From: a virus | Reading direction: 5' to 3' (one strand) | Length of the DNA stretch: 44,235 bases | Virus record (IMG/VR): IMGVR_UViG_3300027908_000012 | Span: 1-44,235 of that record | In this document: positions 24,186-30,460 of the stretch, piece by piece | Layout of the letters: each line of letters begins with the position of its first letter | Position numbering within the stretch: the stretch's first letter is position 1 | The notes under the pieces: model-generated | Databases searched by the model: none | What the model saw: only the letters and a program-made list of their open reading frames with translations | Told to the model about the DNA's origin: nothing | Position numbers and translations under genes: made by a program

Positions 24186-24552
24186 AGTTCTTTCTCCTTC
24201 TTCTCTCTTGATTTATGGGGTTCCACTGCTGCCTGCCAGCTTGGGCATATCGGTCAAATCGGTCAGGCATTTGTTTCCTGATTTCCTTCTGCAACATCAA
24301 TAAAACTGTATAGGCTTCAGTGAACCCTCCGAATCTGTTCGCACGTCGCCTCTTGTCGTAAGCACGCTTCCACGCTCTGTACCAAGGCTGGCGACAATAC
24401 TTCACGTGGTAAGGCATTCGTTTTTTGCGCTGCTTGGCCGCTTCCACTGGGTCATAAGTGCGCTGAAAATAAGCAGCGTGGTTGGCCCGTATGCGGGCAC
24501 GATTCAACTTGCGGTATTGTTTGTCATAAGCGGCCTTCTGCCTTTTAGTCAT
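24154..24552 (-). CDS. Highly basic Arg/Tyr-rich protein (132 aa)
   Basis: ORF-track entry with an ATGA overlap upstream. The K/R/Y-rich composition suggests nucleic-acid binding, which is inference only. Confidence 0.5.
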   Translation of the reverse strand: MTKRQKAAYDKQYRKLNRARIRANHAAYFQRTYDPVEAAKQRKKRMPYHVKYCRQPWYRAWKRAYDKRRRANRFGGFTEAYTVLLMLQKEIRKQMPDRFDRYAQAGRQQWNPINQERRRRKNYERFDESFSG

Positions 24553-24812
24553 GCACGATTCCTTGATGCGCTAGCCGGGAGAGTCTTGGCCTCCACGCTG
24601 GTAGAAAATCTCACTGCGCTACCTCCATTTGAACTTTGTCGCTGTACACTGATTCGCGAGCGGATTCCGCTTGCAAGTTCGAGAGCTGCACGGCCAGCCA
24701 ACCAAAGCAAATAATCGCCAGCATGGAAGGCACATAAAGATTCAGCGCCCGCCAATCGACGTTCCAGGTCCGCGCCCAGAGCGAGTGCGAGGATGCCCAA
24801 GGTGAGTCTCAT
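24549..24812 (-). CDS. Hypothetical protein (87 aa from ATG 24812)
   Basis: ATG 24812 forms an ATGA overlap with the 57-aa ORF upstream. The N-terminus MRLTLGILALALGA is hydrophobic. Confidence 0.45.
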   Translation of the reverse strand: MRLTLGILALALGADLERRLAGAESLCAFHAGDYLLWLAGRAALELASGIRSRISVQRQSSNGGSAVRFSTSVEAKTLPASASRNRA

Positions 24813-24982
24813 ATGTTTTCCAGCTCCCATAATTCTTTTTTGCAGGCTTCCGCATATTCGCGGGTAGGTTCAGAGAAAATTATTACTCGCACAATCGCTG
24901 AGGCCAGCAGCAATAGCCAGTATCGGGTGACAGGTTTTTCCTTTGGAAGGGCTACTACGCCGTCTTGAGGTTTTGGAGCCAT
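24809..24982 (-). CDS. Small membrane protein (57 aa, below track cutoff)
   Basis: Hand translation: MAPKPQDGVVALPKEKPVTRYWLLLLASAIVRVIIFSEPTREYAEACKKELWELENI. It has a TGATG overlap upstream and an ATGA overlap downstream. Confidence 0.4.
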   Translation of the reverse strand: MAPKPQDGVVALPKEKPVTRYWLLLLASAIVRVIIFSEPTREYAEACKKELWELENI

Positions 24983-25110
24983 CACGCTGCCTCGCTCTTC
25001 TTCCCTGCCCGCCAGTAGCGCGTCTGGCAGTTAGGGCACTTCTTCGGCGCAAGCACTTTGGGCTGCCAAGGCACTTTACACTTCGCGCACGTGATGGTGT
25101 AAATTTTCAT
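24982..25110 (-). CDS. Zinc-ribbon micro-protein (42 aa, below track cutoff)
   Basis: Hand translation: MKIYTITCAKCKVPWQPKVLAPKKCPNCQTRYWRAGKKSEAA. ATGA overlap with the first early gene. Confidence 0.45.
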   Translation of the reverse strand: MKIYTITCAKCKVPWQPKVLAPKKCPNCQTRYWRAGKKSEAA

Positions 25111-25364
25111 GCCTGCTCCGAAACTCGCGCACCAGGGTCTTGATAAGATTCCCAGAACTTCTTGGCATCGCCTGCGGCAGCGATGTACTTGTCGATTCCG
25201 TCTTTAGCTTCCTCAACCGTGAGAAACCAAGTGGCTCCCGGCATAGGATTGCAGAAGTCCTTTACTGCGACAAAGCCTTCGCGCACCATCTTGCCGTTGA
25301 CCCTATATCCGTATTTCCCGAAGTCTCGCTTTGGCTCTATAGTGAACCCTCGGTAGGTTTCCAT
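25107..25364 (-). CDS. First leftward early gene (85 aa from ATG 25364)
   Basis: The third in-frame ATG has GGAG 9 nt upstream. The first ATG (25379) lies only 7 nt from the -10 box, so it would require a leaderless transcript. Confidence 0.55.
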   Translation of the reverse strand: METYRGFTIEPKRDFGKYGYRVNGKMVREGFVAVKDFCNPMPGATWFLTVEEAKDGIDKYIAAAGDAKKFWESYQDPGARVSEQA

Positions 25365-25386
25365 GTTCATGATCTCCATGCGCGAA

Positions 25387-25425
25387 CACTACTACCGGTG
25401 GTAGTAAGCTGTCAAGCACTATTTT
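25387..25425 (-). promoter_or_regulatory. Leftward early promoter AAAATAGTGCTTGACA-N18-TAGTGT
   Basis: In reverse complement, TTGACA is at 25411-25416. The upstream block is identical to the promoter at 16404-16420. Confidence 0.5.
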
Positions 25426-25524
25426 CACTTTTCCACAAAATAATTGAGGGCGATAGCCGGGATGCAGCCCACGCCGCTGTTGTGTCAAAAATGACGCATC
25501 GAAGCTAAAACGAAGCTTTTGCCC

Positions 25525-25553
25525 TTGACAGACTGCGGGAGTAGTGTCAAATA
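25525..25553 (+). promoter_or_regulatory. Candidate rightward promoter TTGACA-N17-(TGt)CAAATA, overlapped by inverted repeat TTGACA-N14-TGTCAA
   Basis: TTGACA is at 25525-25530 and TGTCAA at 25545-25550. The -10 hexamer is weak but preceded by TG. GGAGG and the ATG at 25578 follow. Confidence 0.4.
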
Positions 25554-25577
25554 GGGCACAGCGCCCCACGGAGGATC

Positions 25578-25817
25578 ATGTTCGCACTCGCGCAAGTCGT
25601 TTTAACTCATCATCATTACGGGTTTCTCGGCATTGACGGGTTGGTGGGGCTGTTCCTCGGTTTGTTCATCCTGGTAGTCATTTGCGTGATTCTGTTCAAG
25701 ATATTCCGGCTGCTGATGGTGGCGCTGGGCGTTCCCAGCCCTTGGAGTGAGATTCTGTACTGGATCGCGGTGCTGATCATCTTCCTGATTTTCCTGCACT
25801 TTTTCGGGCTGTACTGA
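25578..25817 (+). CDS. Small polytopic membrane protein (79 aa)
   Basis: GGAGGA RBS. There are two to three hydrophobic helices. Confidence 0.55.
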   Translation: MFALAQVVLTHHHYGFLGIDGLVGLFLGLFILVVICVILFKIFRLLMVALGVPSPWSEILYWIAVLIIFLIFLHFFGLY

Positions 25818-25999
25818 TGTCTTTTGAAATTCATGTACCGGCAGATGAGAAGCGGCAAGTGATCGGGATTATCCATTGGAATCCCACTACGAATGAGTTG
25901 CAGGTATCAGTAGTCGATAGCATCCCATGCGAGGAAGCGCTCGCGCTTTTGAAGAAATACAACTTTCATGATGCGAAAGTGACAGCCAAGAAATGCTGA
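25817..25999 (+). CDS. Hypothetical protein (60 aa)
   Basis: TGATG overlap with the upstream gene. Confidence 0.5.
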   Translation: MSFEIHVPADEKRQVIGIIHWNPTTNELQVSVVDSIPCEEALALLKKYNFHDAKVTAKKC

Positions 26000-26253
26000 C
26001 CGCTTGCCAGGCTGAAGTCTTGACGCTCATCCGCAAAGGCAAGAGCAATAAAGAGATAGCGCAGGAGCTGAACATTTCATTGCGAGCGGCAAAAGCTAGA
26101 GTAACCACGATTTACGAGCGAATGGGCATTCCCGGCGAGGGCCGCAGCAAGATAGCGCTGGACTCAACAGATCGGCTTAAAGACATAGAAATGAACTGTT
26201 TACTGGCATTTGCTTCCCTTTCACAGCGCATGGACAGACTGGAGCATGGGTAA
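25993..26253 (+). CDS. LuxR/GerE-type helix-turn-helix transcription regulator (86 aa)
   Basis: LTACQAEVLTLIRKGKSNKEIAQELNISLRAAKARVTTIYERMG matches the LuxR C-terminal HTH pattern. Confidence 0.7.
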   Translation: MLTACQAEVLTLIRKGKSNKEIAQELNISLRAAKARVTTIYERMGIPGEGRSKIALDSTDRLKDIEMNCLLAFASLSQRMDRLEHG

Positions 26254-26659
26254 ACTGGCCCTAATTTTTCTCTTAGCAGCGAGCACCGTAAATGCAAAGC
26301 CCCACCATTGGTATCAATCGAAAATGAACTGGACCCTGATAGGCGCCGCGGCAGGGTCAACGCTATTCGCCACCAAAGAGATTCACGACTGCCGGCTGAG
26401 AAACGATCTAATCCATTGCCCTGACGGTGGATACGGACCTTTTCACGCGAGAGAAGGGTTACGGGGTGGCATCAGCATCGTAACAGCGGCAATGACCATT
26501 TACGGGCGCGAGCACTGGACGCAAGGCTGGAGAAACGAACTAATCAACGATTCCCCGGTAGCCGTGTGGTCGAGCTGGAACGTAGCCGTAGGGCTCAGCG
26601 ACAGAAGCGTAGCCAATTATCCCAGGGAAGATGAGACGCGATTCCGTGTTAAGCACTAG
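26246..26659 (+). CDS. Secreted protein (137 aa from ATG 26246)
   Basis: GGAGC precedes the ATG. The signal peptide is MGKLALIFLLAASTVNA/KP. Confidence 0.55.
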   Translation: MGKLALIFLLAASTVNAKPHHWYQSKMNWTLIGAAAGSTLFATKEIHDCRLRNDLIHCPDGGYGPFHAREGLRGGISIVTAAMTIYGREHWTQGWRNELINDSPVAVWSSWNVAVGLSDRSVANYPREDETRFRVKH

Positions 26660-26885
26660 CGGATTCAGAGGCTATTGCTTCGATGAGAACCACCAGCCTC
26701 AATTCGTCATCGAGTGGCAGCCAGCCGGCACCGGAACACGCTACCAGCTATTCAGACGTGGGCAGATCGGCCCGGCAATGAGCTTCACCATCAGCAGAAC
26801 CGGGCAAAAACTGGAGCAAGACCTGACGCCGCGAAGCTGGGTCACACATTTGTACCCAAACTATCCCAAAATTAGAGTATTCTAG
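26631..26885 (+). CDS. Hypothetical protein (84 aa)
   Basis: ORF-track entry with a 29-nt overlap with the upstream gene. Confidence 0.45.
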   Translation: MRRDSVLSTSGFRGYCFDENHQPQFVIEWQPAGTGTRYQLFRRGQIGPAMSFTISRTGQKLEQDLTPRSWVTHLYPNYPKIRVF

Positions 26886-26890
26886 CGGCC

Positions 26891-27286
26891 ATGGAACGGC
26901 GTTCTTTCCTTAGTTCACTGATTGGCGGTGTCGCTGCTACTGCGGCCCTGAGGACCTTCCCATTTCGGGTATATAGCTTTCCCAGCGATATAGCGACCCC
27001 GCAATTACTGTTTAACTTAGGCGATATTGTTGAATTTGAGGGAGTTTTCCAAATCAACCCGCTCACCAGGCAAGAGCTCCCTATACTTAAGAAATTTGTG
27101 ATTGTTGAGAATGTTTATCGCCGTGGCACGATGACAATTGCTCCGATTTCTCCACATCTGCATTTGTCTGGGCCTTGGCAAAATGTGGCTGCCCCTGTAG
27201 GTTTTCAGCCAACACTCGAACGAGCAAAGCGCCTATCGTTTCCGCCCATAGAGACTCAGGTTAGCGGAATCTGGAGTGAGGGCTAA
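26891..27286 (+). CDS. Tat-signal protein paralogous to a segment of the coat protein (131 aa)
   Basis: The N-terminus is MERRSFLSSLIGGVAATAAL, a twin-arginine motif. Residues FNLGDIVEFEGVFQINPLTR...KKFVIV...GTMTIAPISPHLHLSGPWQNVAAP align with coat residues LNKGDVIQLAGVFAVNPQNR...RNFVVT...GTINISPSIITSGPFQNVTVAP (nt about 36739-36940). Confidence 0.6.
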   Translation: MERRSFLSSLIGGVAATAALRTFPFRVYSFPSDIATPQLLFNLGDIVEFEGVFQINPLTRQELPILKKFVIVENVYRRGTMTIAPISPHLHLSGPWQNVAAPVGFQPTLERAKRLSFPPIETQVSGIWSEG

Positions 27287-27288
27287 CC

Positions 27289-27414
27289 ATGGACCCCAGT
27301 AGCGTAGCCTATTACTGCCACAACTTCAACATCCCGCTCAAATGGCGTATCTATCACTGGGTGCGGAGAATGCGTAACATTGTGCTTTATCCGTACATTT
27401 CAGGCTGGAAATAG
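27289..27414 (+). CDS. Possible 41-aa ORF
   Basis: It fills the gap before terS. There is no clear RBS. Confidence 0.2.
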   Translation: MDPSSVAYYCHNFNIPLKWRIYHWVRRMRNIVLYPYISGWK

Positions 27415-27422
27415 CCCCGAAA

Positions 27423-27980
27423 ATGGCCAGAAAGACCTCCCTACGGCAACAAAAGTTCGCACAAAACTACGTTATTGACCTGAATGGCACAAGAGCAGCT
27501 ATTGCAGCGGGTTACAGTTCCAAAGGTGCGGACGTTCGCGCCTCGCAGCTATTAGGCAACAGTAAGGTTAAGAAGCTAATCGACAAATTGAACTCGGCCC
27601 GCGCTGATAAACTTGAACTTAGAGCCGAAAAGATAGACGAGGAAGTGGCTCGCCTAGCATTTAGCAACATGGCCAATTATGTGCGCGTGGATGAGCACGG
27701 AAAGCCGCAAGGCATTTCATTATCAGAACTTAGCCGGGACGACTGGGCAGCGGTGCAGGAAATACGAGAGGATACGACTGGCGGCTCCGGCGATGGCGAG
27801 CGCAAAGCCATTCTGCGCACCACGTTAAAGTTGAGCGATAAGACCAAGAACCTCGAGTTGCTGTATAGGCGATTGGGCCTATTGAAAGACAATATCAAAG
27901 TAACTGGCATGGAAGGTCTGGCAGAGCAGGTAGAAGAAATACGGAAACGCAAGCATGGCCCTAGCACTCCCCAGTCTTGA
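27423..27980 (+). CDS. terS: Terminase small subunit (Terminase_2 type)
   Basis: QQKFAQNYVIDLNGTRAAIAAGYSSKGADVRASQLLGNSKVKKLI is the characteristic N-terminal HTH of this family. It lies directly upstream of terL. Confidence 0.85.
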   Translation: MARKTSLRQQKFAQNYVIDLNGTRAAIAAGYSSKGADVRASQLLGNSKVKKLIDKLNSARADKLELRAEKIDEEVARLAFSNMANYVRVDEHGKPQGISLSELSRDDWAAVQEIREDTTGGSGDGERKAILRTTLKLSDKTKNLELLYRRLGLLKDNIKVTGMEGLAEQVEEIRKRKHGPSTPQS

Positions 27981-29427
27981 GCAGCAACTTATCGAGGAAG
28001 TTGGAGAGTGTACCGACGATCCACTGAAGTTCGCAGAGCGGTTCTTCCCTTGGGGCGTAAAGGAATTAGCTAGTTCGCACGGCCCTCGTAAATGGCAGCG
28101 CGAAATCCTCGGTCATATTCGCGATCATCTCCAGAATCCCAATACTCGTTTCCAGCTCTGTCAGCTAGCCGTCGCCTCGGGTAAGGGCATCGGCAAATCA
28201 GCTCTAATCGCCATGATCATAAATTGGGCTATGAGCACTTGCGGTGACTGCAAAGTAGTCGTTACGGCTAATACTGGTACCCAGTTAGCGACCAAAACAG
28301 TCCCAGAAGTATCCAAATGGACGCGCTTGGCCTTCAATCGGCACTGGTGGGAAGCCAAAGCTACGAGCATCACCAGCCGTCAGCCTGGCCATGAGCGGGA
28401 ATGGCGAACAGACTTTACCCCCTGGTCAGCCGAGAATCAGGAAGCCTTCTCAGGACTGCATAACAAAGACAAGCGCATGGTGGTCATCTTCGATGAAGCC
28501 AGCGGCATTGACGACATCATCTGGAACAACACCCAAAGTACCTTTACGGATGACAATACGGAAATGCTGTGGATAGCATTCGGGAATCCGACTCAGGCAA
28601 CTGGGGGGTTCCGCGAATGTTTTGGTAAGAACGCTAACCTATGGAAGACCTATCGAATTGATTCCAGGTCGGTTGAGGGAACAAATCACGAAGCATTAAA
28701 CAAGCAAGTGCAGCAATATGGCGAGGATAGCTGGTATGTGCGCATCTGGATCAGGGGCGAGTTCCCCTTAGTAGGAACTGATCAGTTTATCCAGCCTGAT
28801 CATGTGGAAGCATCTCGACGCAATACGGCGGTAGGTTATGAGCGATTGCCAAAGATTCTATCATGTGATGTGGCCAGATATGGGGCTGATCAGACAGTCA
28901 TTGGCTGGCGGCAAGGCCGTAAATCAGCCATTCTTGAGAAGCTAAGAGGCAAGAGCACAGTATTTACCGCTGAACGGGTCATTTACTGGCAAAAGGAGAT
29001 TAGCGCAGACGCCACGGTAATCGACGGAGATGGTTTGGGTTCAGGAACCGTTGACCATATCAAGGCCCGCGGCTATAAATGTTTCGAGTTCCACGGTGGC
29101 GAGACTGCGAACGATGCCAACAAATATCGCAACCGGCGCTCCGAAATATGGGGATTGATGCGCGACTGGCTAGCGGCTGGTCCGGAGATACCCAATGACC
29201 CGGAACTATGCGATCAGTTGACGGCTCCGCTATATTCCTACAATTCCAAAGGGCAAATTGAGGTTGAGAGCAAGGACGATATGAAGGAGCGCGTGCCCTC
29301 GCTTGGCAGTCCTGATTGTGCTGATCAACTCGCAATGACCTTCAGTGTCACGATAGCGCCCCCACCAGCACCCGAACCTATCCGCATGTACACGCCCGGC
29401 GAACAATCTACGAACTGGATGTCCTGA
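27955..29427 (+). CDS. terL: Terminase large subunit
   Basis: It has a Walker A motif (VASGKGIGKSAL), a Walker B motif (MVVIFDEASGI), the coupling motif FGNPT, and the nuclease aspartate region DVARYGADQTV. Confidence 0.9.
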   Translation: MALALPSLEQQLIEEVGECTDDPLKFAERFFPWGVKELASSHGPRKWQREILGHIRDHLQNPNTRFQLCQLAVASGKGIGKSALIAMIINWAMSTCGDCKVVVTANTGTQLATKTVPEVSKWTRLAFNRHWWEAKATSITSRQPGHEREWRTDFTPWSAENQEAFSGLHNKDKRMVVIFDEASGIDDIIWNNTQSTFTDDNTEMLWIAFGNPTQATGGFRECFGKNANLWKTYRIDSRSVEGTNHEALNKQVQQYGEDSWYVRIWIRGEFPLVGTDQFIQPDHVEASRRNTAVGYERLPKILSCDVARYGADQTVIGWRQGRKSAILEKLRGKSTVFTAERVIYWQKEISADATVIDGDGLGSGTVDHIKARGYKCFEFHGGETANDANKYRNRRSEIWGLMRDWLAAGPEIPNDPELCDQLTAPLYSYNSKGQIEVESKDDMKERVPSLGSPDCADQLAMTFSVTIAPPPAPEPIRMYTPGEQSTNWMS

Positions 29428-29498
29428 TTTGCTAGTTTGTGTCTAAAAGTTCACTATTTCTCTTGCTAACCTGCCTCGAATAACGTAAAAGTCACACA

Positions 29499-29518
29499 TT
29501 GTGGCTCTTTAGCCACAA
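29499..29518. terminator. Hairpin (8-bp stem ttgtggct/agccacaa, loop cttt) after terL
   Basis: Read directly from the sequence. There is no clear U-tract on the plus strand, so terminator function is uncertain. Confidence 0.3.
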
Positions 29519-29670
29519 ATTCATCCATCGGAAGAACTGACTGTGCAGGCGCAGGCAGCGGAAGCGGGAAATCATGCCCGCGCTGGCTTAGAGCGGCTGG
29601 CCTTCCTAAGCCCCTTGCTCGGGGTGCAGAAGCGCACGATGGAGCGGATCGCCTGCAAGTTTGAGGTGTT

Positions 29671-29841
29671 ATGCCCTGGAAATCGATCAAGCAGGAGCGC
29701 TGGGGAAACTCTCCAGCCGGAAAACAGGCTTTAGGCGCTGCCGGCGTCAAGGAATGGAACCAAGCCTCTAAAGGCAAGAAGTTGCCGCTGCGCAAGCCCG
29801 GCAAGAACATCAGTCTGCACTCGCTGATGAGGGCGAAGTGA
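29671..29841 (+). CDS. Small basic protein (56 aa, below track cutoff)
   Basis: Hand translation: MPWKSIKQERWGNSPAGKQALGAAGVKEWNQASKGKKLPLRKPGKNISLHSLMRAK. A GAGG RBS is present, and the stop forms a GTGA overlap with the next gene. It competes with ORF 29543-29734. Confidence 0.35.
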   Translation: MPWKSIKQERWGNSPAGKQALGAAGVKEWNQASKGKKLPLRKPGKNISLHSLMRAK

Positions 29842-30263
29842 ACAACATCTCAAAAGAAATTTTACGCTCGCTTAAAAACGAAGTTACGCCTCACTGGTTG
29901 AAATCCAGTACTTTCATTCAGCCCCGCAATGATCGCGTCTTAATCCGTCGCATCGACGAGCAAAAAGGACTCATCACGCTCACTGACGCACCTAAAGGCT
30001 TAAAAGGGACGGTATTAGCGGTGGGACCGGGAAAGTGGCATGAAGGTGACTGGGAATATGCATGGAGTATGCAATTAGCGAGTTTTGTGTTGGAGTGGCA
30101 GTCCGGCTGGCGACAAGAGCCCGCGGTCAAGCCCGGCGACACGGTATTTTTCAACTCTAAATGGAACGACTTCGCCAAAGACTATTACGACGATTTGCCG
30201 CTAGAGGCTGAGTCTACCCTGCATCTTGTGCAGGAAGCGGACATTTTTGGGATTTATGGATGA
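29838..30263 (+). CDS. GroES-like co-chaperonin (Cpn10 fold) with N-terminal extension and internal insertion
   Basis: It aligns by eye to E. coli GroES. IQPRNDRVLIRRIDEQKGLITL...LKGTVLAVGPGKW matches IRPLHDRVIVKR..GGIVL...TRGEVLAVGNGR. VKPGDTVFFNSKW matches VKVGDIVIFNDGY. LHLVQEADIFGI matches VLIMSESDILAI. Confidence 0.6.
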   Translation: MNNISKEILRSLKNEVTPHWLKSSTFIQPRNDRVLIRRIDEQKGLITLTDAPKGLKGTVLAVGPGKWHEGDWEYAWSMQLASFVLEWQSGWRQEPAVKPGDTVFFNSKWNDFAKDYYDDLPLEAESTLHLVQEADIFGIYG

Positions 30264-30460
30264 ACGACCGAGCCACTACGGATGTGGAATACGAAGAGGC
30301 GGTAATTGCCGAGCTTTCCTCAAAGATTAAGGATGAGAAAGAGCTTCGCCGCATTTTGCTGAGTGCCACGCTTGGGCTACGCAAGGGCGTCTACAACAAT
30401 ATTCTCCCTCACCTGACATTTAAGCCAAGGTCATTCAGAAAGCTGATGCGGGATGCCTGA
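30260..30460 (+). CDS. Hypothetical protein (66 aa)
   Basis: ATGA overlap upstream, and an 8-nt overlap with the portal gene. Confidence 0.5.
   Translation: MNDRATTDVEYEEAVIAELSSKIKDEKELRRILLSATLGLRKGVYNNILPHLTFKPRSFRKLMRDA

Noticed and set aside
24870-25052. 60-aa minus-strand ORF (Arg/Ser-rich)
   Set aside because: The same interval is better explained by two translationally coupled ORFs in other frames (24982-25110 zinc ribbon; 24809-24982 membrane protein).
29466-29810. 114-aa minus-strand ORF between terL and the GroES-like gene
   Set aside because: It is Pro/Ala/Arg-rich, has no RBS, and lies on the opposite strand to the whole late operon. Small plus-strand ORFs coupled to the next gene fit better.
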